Source: a virus
Lineage: Duplodnaviria; Caudoviricetes
Direction: 5' to 3' (one strand)
IMG/VR virus record: IMGVR_UViG_3300011335_000591
Span: 1 to 34,765 of that record
DNA: 34,765 nt
Part shown: positions 26,811 through 33,863 of the stretch, piece by piece
Position numbering within the stretch: position 1 is the first letter of the stretch
How the letters are laid out: each line of letters starts with the position of its first letter
Notes under the pieces: model-generated
What the model saw: only the letters and a program-made list of their open reading frames with translations
Databases searched by the model: none
Told to the model about the DNA's origin: nothing
Translations under genes and position numbers: made by a program

Positions 26811-27083
26811 ATGAAGGCACAAAATCCTTGGCAGAAACTTTTGCAACAACACATTAAAGATAGATTTGCACCCCCAGCACCCGAAGGATATTATACGATT
26901 GAGCAAGTCAGCAAGATATTAGGCAAAACAGAAGTCACGACAGCAAGGATTCTCAACCAAATGCTTGAACAAAAAAAAGTAGACGCAAAAAGACATCCAT
27001 TCGTTATCCCATACAAAGATCGATTCGTGGTTCGACAACTCAAAGTATTCAAAATACTACCCCCAAAGCACCCACAGAAGTAG
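26811..27083 (+). CDS. Winged-helix DNA-binding protein
   Basis: YTIEQVSKILGKTEVTTARIL. Confidence 0.6.
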   Translation: MKAQNPWQKLLQQHIKDRFAPPAPEGYYTIEQVSKILGKTEVTTARILNQMLEQKKVDAKRHPFVIPYKDRFVVRQLKVFKILPPKHPQK

Positions 27084-27133
27084 GGTGTTTATAGGTAGTT
27101 ACAAACATTCGTTAAAATAAGATAAATAAACCC

Positions 27134-27170
27134 TTTACAAGTTGGTGGAGTGTGGTAGGGTTGGGGTATG
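27134..27170 (+). promoter_or_regulatory. Sigma70-like early promoter, probably leaderless
   Basis: TTTACA-N16-TAGGGT with TGn extension, A/T-rich UP region, ATG 6 nt after the -10 box, no SD. Confidence 0.6.
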
Positions 27171-27362
27171 AAAACAACAAAATTGACTTGGGAAAAAAGA
27201 GTTCAACGCCTTGAAAAACTCGGGGCAGACAGAAGCGATGCACAATCAGTAGTCGATGCGGAGGACATCGCAAATAAATCAATGAAGAAGGTTATTAAAG
27301 ACAAGCTCGCACAAAAAGGAATCTCTAGGGACTGGATGAGCAAGCACCTAGAAATCATATAA
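27168..27362 (+). CDS. Hypothetical early protein (64 aa)
   Basis: First ORF after the promoter. Confidence 0.65.
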   Translation: MKTTKLTWEKRVQRLEKLGADRSDAQSVVDAEDIANKSMKKVIKDKLAQKGISRDWMSKHLEII

Positions 27363-27381
27363 AGAAAGGAAGCCAAACCAA

Positions 27382-27474
27382 ATGAAATACCTCAAAGCCT
27401 ACACCCTCCTCGCCTTCGGCATCCTCATCGGAATGGGCGTGTGCCAATGGATTGATTTTCTCTTGACCAAGTAA
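27382..27474 (+). CDS. 30-aa membrane peptide (MKYLKAYTLLAFGILIGMGVCQWIDFLLTK)
   Basis: Manually translated; GAAAGGA SD upstream. Confidence 0.55.
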   Translation: MKYLKAYTLLAFGILIGMGVCQWIDFLLTK

Positions 27475-27497
27475 ATCCAAGGAGCATAAATCCTCAA

Positions 27498-28067
27498 ATG
27501 AAATCCTTCCCCCTCCCCGCAAGACCGCAAGCCTCGGGAGTTCCAGCGTGGCACATCGAGTTCAAAAAAGATACAGCTATCGAAGGTAAGGCGAATGGCT
27601 GGCGTGGCTTGTTTCATCAAAAGACTGGCATCGGATATAATCGCCACGGAAAGATTGCATCCAACCACAACCTAATGGTTGAGCGTCTCGCAAATGCTGG
27701 CATCAAAGCCCCCTTCATTGATTGCGAGATTATGGGGCAGAGGACAAAGACTGGGAAAGGAACGATAGTGGTTATGGATGCCTTCGACCCCGAGAATCCC
27801 AAGCCCTACGCCGAAAGGATGAAGGATATCGAACACCTAGAAGCCGTCACCTTTGATATCCCAAACAACAAGCTCCTCCGCTTTGTCCGTCTCGCCCACC
27901 ACAAGATCAATGCAATCTGGGAGGAGATGAACTTTCAAAACAATAAGGCGGGTGAGGTGATCTGGGAGGGGTTCGTGATGAAGTCCTTGGACGATGGGAA
28001 ATATCCATTTATCACCAACCCCAACTACTGCTCTCCATCGTGGCAGAAACAGAGAATACGCTGGTGA
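27498..28067 (+). CDS. Minimal ATP-dependent ligase-like nucleotidyltransferase (adenylation domain only)
   Basis: Motif I EGKANGWRG, III IDCEI, IIIa VMDA, IV EGFVMK, V WQK; no OB domain. Confidence 0.75.
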   Translation: MKSFPLPARPQASGVPAWHIEFKKDTAIEGKANGWRGLFHQKTGIGYNRHGKIASNHNLMVERLANAGIKAPFIDCEIMGQRTKTGKGTIVVMDAFDPENPKPYAERMKDIEHLEAVTFDIPNNKLLRFVRLAHHKINAIWEEMNFQNNKAGEVIWEGFVMKSLDDGKYPFITNPNYCSPSWQKQRIRW

Positions 28068-28288
28068 TTATTTTCCTCGTAGCTTTCTTCGGCCTTCTGA
28101 TTCTGCAAGGCGTGAGGATATTTGCAAAGCACATCGATCAGCAGAACTATGATCGAAGGCAGTTCTATCTGTTCGTTGCCGCCGAGTTAGATAAGATGGA
28201 CAAGATCGTGGCCGAGGGTAACCAGCCCAAAGAACCAAAGCAACCAGAGCTAGTCCTGCCAACAAAGAACTGGGTGGGGCGTAACTAA
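28064..28288 (+). CDS. Membrane-anchored hypothetical protein
   Basis: GTGA overlap; N-terminal hydrophobic helix. Confidence 0.55.
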   Translation: MIIFLVAFFGLLILQGVRIFAKHIDQQNYDRRQFYLFVAAELDKMDKIVAEGNQPKEPKQPELVLPTKNWVGRN

Positions 28289-28612
28289 ATGAAGCTAACC
28301 CCATCAACCAAGTTCGATCTTCTATGGAGAAGCCTTGGTGGTTGGGGGCTGGTCAAGGAATACAAGTTTGTAGATGGCAGACGCTTTCGGTTTGATTACT
28401 ACCACCTCAACGGCGTAGCCATCGAGTTAGAGGGTGGGGTTTGGACGAGGGGCAGGCATACCAGACCCTCCGGATTTCTTAATGATATGGAGAAGTACAA
28501 CCTCGCCGCCTCAATGGGCATCTTAGTTTTCCGCATACCCTCCCACGACATTAGCACCAAGTGGCTTTCCCCGATAATCGAAACCATCAACCGAAAGGAC
28601 AAAACAAAATGA
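28289..28612 (+). CDS. PD-(D/E)xK endonuclease (DUF559/Vsr-like)
   Basis: RRFRFDY...AIELEGGVW..GRH...DMEKYN. Confidence 0.8.
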   Translation: MKLTPSTKFDLLWRSLGGWGLVKEYKFVDGRRFRFDYYHLNGVAIELEGGVWTRGRHTRPSGFLNDMEKYNLAASMGILVFRIPSHDISTKWLSPIIETINRKDKTK

Positions 28613-28833
28613 ATGATGATAGCGGTCGGTACAGCGACTACATGACCAAAGTTCCAATGAAACCACGCCTCCCGAATGAAAGCCTAGACGATTGGATTGT
28701 GCGAAGCCACGGAGCGTTCCCCGATACAGAGTTCGATAGTCGGAATGACTTTAGGTTTTTGAACCTTCCCAAGACACAGAAAGAAAACGCCGAAGGCTTT
28801 GGCGTATTCGATGACGGACAACACAAACTATAA
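28609..28833 (+). CDS. Hypothetical protein
   Basis: ATGA overlap and AAAGGA SD. Confidence 0.6.
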   Translation: MNDDSGRYSDYMTKVPMKPRLPNESLDDWIVRSHGAFPDTEFDSRNDFRFLNLPKTQKENAEGFGVFDDGQHKL

Positions 28834-28851
28834 ACCAAGGAGAAACAACCA

Positions 28852-29658
28852 ATGAATAATGAAATAGCAGTACACAACGGCAACGGAGTCTCGAACCATA
28901 TCCGGCAAGCAACGGATGTGGCTGGGGCTTGTCGTGCCATAGTCAAAGAAACTTGCCAACGGATAGGCCAAAAGGATTATGTCCGGGTTGAGGGCTGGCA
29001 AGCCATCGCAGTTGCCCACGGATGCGTAGCCTCTGCCCGAGATGTTGAAAGATTAGAGGACGGCTATCGGTGCATCGGTGAAGTTAAGAGGATGGACAAC
29101 GGCCAAGTCATCTCCCAAGCCGAGGGGTTTCTGGGTGACGATGAGCCGATGTGGGAAAAGCGTCCGACCTACGCCAAGCGAGCGATGTGTCAGACGAGGG
29201 CAATCAGCAGGGCTTGTCGTTCAGCATTCGCACACATTGTAGTCCTAATCGACAAGAGCCTATCCACTACCCCAGCCGAGGAAGTTCCTTATGGGGGCTT
29301 CCAAGATATCAACACGGAAAAGTTTGAGGAAGCACCCAAGGCTGAACCCGCAAAGATCAGCAAAGCAGACCTAGCGGATATCACGGCCAAGCTCAACGCC
29401 CCCAATAAGACCAACGGCACAGAGCCTCGTGATATGGAGCTGAAGTTTGGCAAGTATAAAGGCTCGACCCTGCGACAGATCGCCGCCTTTGGAGAGAAGG
29501 GCTTGGACTATCTTGACTGGTTGAGCAAACAAGAACTGAAACCCGGTAAGGACGGCCAACCCTACAAGAACGACATCATCAGAAACGAGATCATCCAAGA
29601 GATTCTTCTCGAGAGTGAAGCGTTAAGCAAAGGAAGCCCAGATGAAATCCCATTCTGA
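28852..29658 (+). CDS. Putative ssDNA-annealing/recombination protein with FGKYKG domain and SSB-like tail
   Basis: YVRVEGW, AMCQTRAISRA.R, TPAEE; LKFGKYKG...YLDWL; ends DEIPF. Confidence 0.65.
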   Translation: MNNEIAVHNGNGVSNHIRQATDVAGACRAIVKETCQRIGQKDYVRVEGWQAIAVAHGCVASARDVERLEDGYRCIGEVKRMDNGQVISQAEGFLGDDEPMWEKRPTYAKRAMCQTRAISRACRSAFAHIVVLIDKSLSTTPAEEVPYGGFQDINTEKFEEAPKAEPAKISKADLADITAKLNAPNKTNGTEPRDMELKFGKYKGSTLRQIAAFGEKGLDYLDWLSKQELKPGKDGQPYKNDIIRNEIIQEILLESEALSKGSPDEIPF

Positions 29659-29830
29659 ACTCATCCAAGACATCCTTAATGATGTGAGGAGTAAGGCCGC
29701 CGACCTCGAAAGAGAACGATGTGCCGACCTCGTGCAACAACTGGCAGACGGAACAGAAGATGCAGTCATCACCGGAATCTTAAACGAGGTTGTGCTTGCA
29801 ATTAGGAGGCTCGGAGATGTCAGCCGTTGA
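29642..29830 (+). CDS. Hypothetical protein
   Basis: ERERCA motif common in small phage ORFs. Confidence 0.6.
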   Translation: MKSHSELIQDILNDVRSKAADLERERCADLVQQLADGTEDAVITGILNEVVLAIRRLGDVSR

Positions 29831-30038
29831 TGTTCAAGTTCCAGAAACCAAATGGTCAATGCTTGTTTGGAAAACACTAAAGGAGAAACCACATAACGAT
29901 GAAAGAGTTCTTATGGATATCGGCGGTGAGGTTGTTGTCGGTCGTTTCGTTGATGATTCGTTTGTCTCTCGAAGCTGGGGACATTCTGAAAATGATGTTC
30001 GGCTTTGGGCAAGCTGGCCGAAAGCACCCAAATGGTGA
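29817..30038 (+). CDS. Hypothetical protein (DUF551-like)
   Basis: W....EKP....VL...V..W...P..P pattern; AGGAGG SD. Confidence 0.55.
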   Translation: MSAVDVQVPETKWSMLVWKTLKEKPHNDERVLMDIGGEVVVGRFVDDSFVSRSWGHSENDVRLWASWPKAPKW

Positions 30039-30181
30039 GTTTCCTTTCATCCATCGGGAAAGTTTTGTGGGAGTTATTCGTGGTCGGTATAGGATGCTTG
30101 AGTCTGTTTCTCACCATTCTATTTGCGAGCGAAATGTTGTGGGATTTAATAAAAGATATATGGAGGAGAATTAAAAAATGA
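30032..30181 (+). CDS. 49-aa membrane protein (MVSFLSSIGKVLWELFVVGIGCLSLFLTILFASEMLWDLIKDIWRRIKK)
   Basis: Manually translated; overlaps the upstream stop and the downstream ATGA. Confidence 0.55.
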   Translation: MVSFLSSIGKVLWELFVVGIGCLSLFLTILFASEMLWDLIKDIWRRIKK

Positions 30182-30387
30182 GCGTTAAAAGATTAAGCCT
30201 TGTCGATGAGTTTCACGGATTGGTTAGTAGAAGATTAAAAGACTTGTTTAAGAGATTGAACCACGCAGAAGTGGAAAACTTTAAGGATATCATCAGCCAC
30301 CTTGACTACTCGCATCGTATAACCAAAGAGCTACTGGAGCGTGCCAAGAAATACCAAAAGCGAGATGTGGAAAAGGCAAAGAAGTGA
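30178..30387 (+). CDS. Hypothetical helical protein
   Basis: GGAGGAG SD; coupled to neighbours. Confidence 0.65.
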   Translation: MSVKRLSLVDEFHGLVSRRLKDLFKRLNHAEVENFKDIISHLDYSHRITKELLERAKKYQKRDVEKAKK

Positions 30388-31151
30388 AGCGAGATTCTTT
30401 CTGGTTTCCCTTTGAGCCGAACCGCTGGCTATCTAACGAGAAGCTATCGTTGGTGAGTCTCGAGGCCAAGGGGCTATGGATTCACCTAGTCTGCCTCATC
30501 TACAAGGCCAACGCCGGCGGCAGGCTGGTTATCAACGGCAACCCGCCCACCCCAGAACAGATCAGCCGAATGGTTGGGCAAGATGCCAACCCACTTCTAA
30601 AAGAGCTTGAGGTTGCAGGGGTTTATGAGATTAAAGATGGGGCAATCTACCACGGCGGCACGGCTGAAACCCTAGCAGATATGAACAAAAGATCGGCTGG
30701 GTACGCTTCAAGATCAACCAAAGATAGACCATCTATGAGCCATAGATGCGCCATAGATGAGCCATCTATGCACCATCTATCGTCCATAGATGAGCAAAAG
30801 ATGGGACACAATAACAATAACAATAACAATAACAATAAGAAAGAGAGAGGGGGCTTGCGCCCCACGCACGCTGAATGGATTGCCTTTGCTAAAGAAATTG
30901 GGTGGAGGCATACGGATGCGGAGTCGGCTTTTGATTACTACCAGAGCAACGGATGGAAGGTCGGGGGCAGGGCATCGGTCAAGGATTGGAGGGCTTGTGC
31001 CAGAAATTGTCAGCGCAGAAGCAACCAACAACCAACCAAAGGAAACCAACCAATGAAGAAACCAATCAAATCGGGGTGCGAATCCCCTCCAACTTACAAA
31101 ATTATGGGCTTTCAGACGCTTGAGGCGTGGGAAAAGGCAGGGTGTCCGTGA
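30384..31151 (+). CDS. Replication initiator protein
   Basis: WFPF....WL...SLEAKGLWI.L N-terminus, central iteron linker, FDYYQSNGWKVG...KDWRA C-terminus. Confidence 0.82.
   Translation: MKRDSFWFPFEPNRWLSNEKLSLVSLEAKGLWIHLVCLIYKANAGGRLVINGNPPTPEQISRMVGQDANPLLKELEVAGVYEIKDGAIYHGGTAETLADMNKRSAGYASRSTKDRPSMSHRCAIDEPSMHHLSSIDEQKMGHNNNNNNNNNKKERGGLRPTHAEWIAFAKEIGWRHTDAESAFDYYQSNGWKVGGRASVKDWRACARNCQRRSNQQPTKGNQPMKKPIKSGCESPPTYKIMGFQTLEAWEKAGCP
30718..30838. repeat. Putative replication origin: 11-bp periodic iterons (CCATAGATG/CCATCTATG) followed by (CAATAA)x5
   Basis: Six good units at 30729-30794 plus degenerate flanks; AT-rich repeat at 30809-30838. Confidence 0.8.
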
Positions 31152-31543
31152 ACGACCTTGTTTTAGCGGCCACAATCCATAGGGTGAAGCTATGCGAGGA
31201 CAAAATTGCCCAATTTGAGCAACTCATAAGCACACTCACCGCCCAAATGGCTCATAATCGCTCAGAATTGGCCTCCAAAGGGCTGGCAAACCTAGTTATG
31301 GGCACAACCACCCCCCTAGACATCCCAAGGGAGCTACGGCCAACCTTCGGGCGTTATCGGGCAAGGGGAAATCGTTCCCACAACACAGTCCAGAAGCGGT
31401 GGGGTATTTGGAAGGCTCAATATGAGTCTGGGCTAACAGTAAAGGAGATTGCAAACGCTTGGGGGTGTCATCATTCCTCAATCGTGAACGCAAAAAGCAA
31501 AAACTTCACGGCTCGGAAGTCAACTGGGAGGGCAATCAAATGA
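31148..31543 (+). CDS. Coiled-coil plus C-terminal HTH protein
   Basis: GLTVKEIANAWGCHHSSI; GTGA overlap. Confidence 0.65.
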   Translation: MNDLVLAATIHRVKLCEDKIAQFEQLISTLTAQMAHNRSELASKGLANLVMGTTTPLDIPRELRPTFGRYRARGNRSHNTVQKRWGIWKAQYESGLTVKEIANAWGCHHSSIVNAKSKNFTARKSTGRAIK

Positions 31544-31806
31544 TAGCCTTGCTAGAAGCAGAGCAGTTTGAGTTGCCCTTTATGCGAACCACGCACCCAG
31601 TAAAGACGGAAGGCCACGACCAGAACGCCCGCATCCTAGCCCACTTGCAGGCAGGCCGAACACTCACGGCTCTGGAGGCGCTGGAATGGTTCAAGTGCTT
31701 CCGCTTGGCAAGCCGAGTGTGCGACTTGCGGAAGGCTGGACACGATGTGCAGAAGCGAACCATAAAGACGAACAGCGGAAAGAGCGTAGCGGAGTATTAT
31801 TTATGA
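31540..31806 (+). CDS. Winged-helix protein
   Basis: QNARILAHL..G.TLT.LEA...F.CFRLASRV.DLR..G motif; ATGA overlaps. Confidence 0.75.
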   Translation: MIALLEAEQFELPFMRTTHPVKTEGHDQNARILAHLQAGRTLTALEALEWFKCFRLASRVCDLRKAGHDVQKRTIKTNSGKSVAEYYL

Positions 31807-32471
31807 GTTTTGGCGGCGATAGCTCAACAGTAGAGCTTCCCCTATTCCAAGGGGAGGATGGCGGTGCAATTCCGACCTCGCCGCTCCAACTTTTGTTTAG
31901 GCCAATCAAATATATTACGGCGAATAACTTCTTAGTGAAATGGCATTACCTGCACAGGCAAGCCCCAACAAGTTTTTCGTATGGTGCATATTTTTCTGGA
32001 GAAATCATAGGAGCCTGTACCATAGGCAAACCAGCGAGCCATACCCTTCTTAGTGGAGTTGCTGGCAAGGAAAGGGCGGCTGATGTTTTTGAATTAAACA
32101 GACTATGTTTTTTGGATGAAGCCCCGAAAAATTCAGAAAGCAGATTCATCGGATGGGTGATTAGGCAAATGGCAAAATCTACAATCCTAGTTTCATATGC
32201 AGACACGGCACAGGGACACTCTGGGATTGTATATAAAGCAACAAACTGGATTTACACGGGCACAACAATCCCATTTACAGACTACACCCTTGGAGGGTTA
32301 GACCATAGGAGCGTGCCCAAGCATTTAAGAGATAAGTCAAAGATGCAAAAAGTAGTCCGTAGTAAGAAGCATCGATTCGTTTATTTTTGCAACCCAGAGG
32401 ACAGAATGCTTCTGAAGTGGGGTGTAGAACAACCTAAAACTACCCCTTGCATCAAACCAGACTCAAAGTAA
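31803..32471 (+). CDS. mom: Mom-like GNAT-fold DNA adenine modification enzyme
   Basis: HYLHR, ELNRL, KNSESRFI, LVSYAD..QGH.G.VYKATNW.Y.G, KHRFVY motifs; ATG 31803 overlaps the upstream TGA. Confidence 0.85.
   Translation: MSFGGDSSTVELPLFQGEDGGAIPTSPLQLLFRPIKYITANNFLVKWHYLHRQAPTSFSYGAYFSGEIIGACTIGKPASHTLLSGVAGKERAADVFELNRLCFLDEAPKNSESRFIGWVIRQMAKSTILVSYADTAQGHSGIVYKATNWIYTGTTIPFTDYTLGGLDHRSVPKHLRDKSKMQKVVRSKKHRFVYFCNPEDRMLLKWGVEQPKTTPCIKPDSK
31813..31888 (+). tRNA. tRNA-Gly(TCC)-like cloverleaf, non-canonical, inside the mom coding sequence
   Basis: GCGGCGA/TCGCCGC acceptor, T73, CCA, GCTC/GAGC D stem, TCCCC/GGGGA stem around TATTCCAA, GGCGG/CCG(A)CC T stem. Confidence 0.8.
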
Positions 32472-32486
32472 GTTGCAAACTTGATG
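32447..32486 (+). promoter_or_regulatory. Sigma70-like promoter, probably leaderless
   Basis: TTGCAT-N16-TAAGTT, then 6 nt to TTG ATG; same geometry as 27134. Confidence 0.45.
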
Positions 32487-32780
32487 AACGAAACCTATAC
32501 AACGCCCGAGGTAAAGGCGAATGGCATCCTTACTGACCGCTACCCCGGCAAGGAACTAGAAAAACTTTACGCCACGACCCGCAACCAAGCCACGATTGAT
32601 ATGCTTCGAGACGCCGTGTTCACGCTAATCACCAACGAAATCCCAACCTGCACGATTGCGGAAGTGCTAAAGAAAACCCACGGAGCAATCCAGTACCACC
32701 TTCGATATCTTGAGGGCAGGGGCAAGATCAAAAGGCCAAATAAGAGGTGTCATTGGACGGAGGTGAAGCGTGAAGATTAA
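32481..32780 (+). CDS. HTH DNA-binding protein
   Basis: TIAEVLKKTHGAIQYHL. Confidence 0.7.
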   Translation: MMNETYTTPEVKANGILTDRYPGKELEKLYATTRNQATIDMLRDAVFTLITNEIPTCTIAEVLKKTHGAIQYHLRYLEGRGKIKRPNKRCHWTEVKRED

Positions 32781-33324
32781 CAAGATGGAGGCCAAGGCAA
32801 TCGAGGCACAGATCGATAAACTCAAGACCCCGATTGACAACGCAGAAGGCAAAAGAACCAAGGGAGACGAATCCCCATCGAGACGCTATCAGCACCTATG
32901 CGAGCGACTCCACTTCTTAACGATGAAAAAAGCCATCATCATCCTAGCCATCACGCTCTTAACCTCGGTGCAGGGTGCGAACATCCTCATTGAAACCCCA
33001 AAGCCACCAGCCAAGAAAACCATCAAGGCTCGCATCACGGCGTACTGGCTAGGCGAGGACGAGTTTGGTTGGAAAAGCTCAACTGGAAAACGGTTGGTTT
33101 CTGGCAAGTCTTGTGCCGTTGACCCAAAAATTATCCCCTACGGAACGACCCTGCTAATCGAGGGCAAGGCATATCACGCCCACGACACCGGAACGGCAGT
33201 CATATCACGAAAGGCATCGGGCAAATCTAGGTTGCCAGTCGTTGACCTTTTCTACGCATCAGAACGGCAGGCGAGGCGGGAGTTGGCGAGGGTAGGACGG
33301 ACAGCGGTTGTGGAAATCCAATAA
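32770..33324 (+). CDS. 3D-domain (Asp-Asp-Asp) cell-wall glycosidase-like protein
   Basis: ITAY, AVDPKIIPYGT, DTG, VDLF; signal peptide from the internal ATG 32923. Confidence 0.8.
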   Translation: MKINKMEAKAIEAQIDKLKTPIDNAEGKRTKGDESPSRRYQHLCERLHFLTMKKAIIILAITLLTSVQGANILIETPKPPAKKTIKARITAYWLGEDEFGWKSSTGKRLVSGKSCAVDPKIIPYGTTLLIEGKAYHAHDTGTAVISRKASGKSRLPVVDLFYASERQARRELARVGRTAVVEIQ

Positions 33325-33863
33325 TGAACTACCAAGGGCAAGGCCAAGACCCAGCGGATAGCATCTTGGCTAGTTACACCCCCAACATGGCAGACCATAT
33401 CGACACGCTGGAAGATCGAGTAAAGGAACGGCTCGCCAAAATGAAGGCGATGAACCCCAGCATCGACCTCGACCAGCTAGCCAAACTCACGGCAGAGGTG
33501 GTTGAGCAGACGATAAAGCACGAAGGCGATTCCCAAATGTTGAGGCATCGAAGGGACGATACCTTGGACGAATCGCTACTAGCCCTAGCATCGAACCGAA
33601 GCCCCGACTCTCTGACCTCCATCGCCAAGCGTTACATCAACCCAAGCACCGGCAAGCCATACACAAGGGCGGCCATCTCGGCACGGCTTACGGAGTTGAG
33701 CCAACGAACCGGGCTAGTTTTACGCATCCAACGGAGCGAAAGGGTGAGGCAAATCTACAAGGAACGAGCCTTGAGGGTGCATAAAAAGAGGCGTGAGGAA
33801 TGCCCAAAATGGAACAAGGAAGCGTGGGAAAAAGGCATTAAAAAGCGAGGGAAAAAACGGTGA
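33324..33863 (+). CDS. HTH protein, candidate late transcription regulator (sigma region 4-like)
   Basis: SLTSIAK...TRAAISARL helix pair; position at the end of the early region. Confidence 0.45.
   Translation: MNYQGQGQDPADSILASYTPNMADHIDTLEDRVKERLAKMKAMNPSIDLDQLAKLTAEVVEQTIKHEGDSQMLRHRRDDTLDESLLALASNRSPDSLTSIAKRYINPSTGKPYTRAAISARLTELSQRTGLVLRIQRSERVRQIYKERALRVHKKRREECPKWNKEAWEKGIKKRGKKR

Noticed and set aside
27068-27092. Possible terminator at the end of the late operon (GCACCC...GGGTGT TT)
   Set aside because: Weak interrupted stem and short U tract; not supportable without folding or RNA data
30718-30838. CRISPR-like array
   Set aside because: Units are 11 bp and contiguous with no spacers; iterons explain them
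31686-31802. Longer Mom ORF start at 31686
   Set aside because: Overlaps the winged-helix gene; ATG 31803 has an ATGA coupling and a plausible SD (GGAG)
31813-31888. tRNA-like element as an attP site or an ordinary decoding tRNA
   Set aside because: No integrase recognised; the element is full length with non-canonical D, T and anticodon loops and lies within a coding frame. Not fully excluded without a host genome
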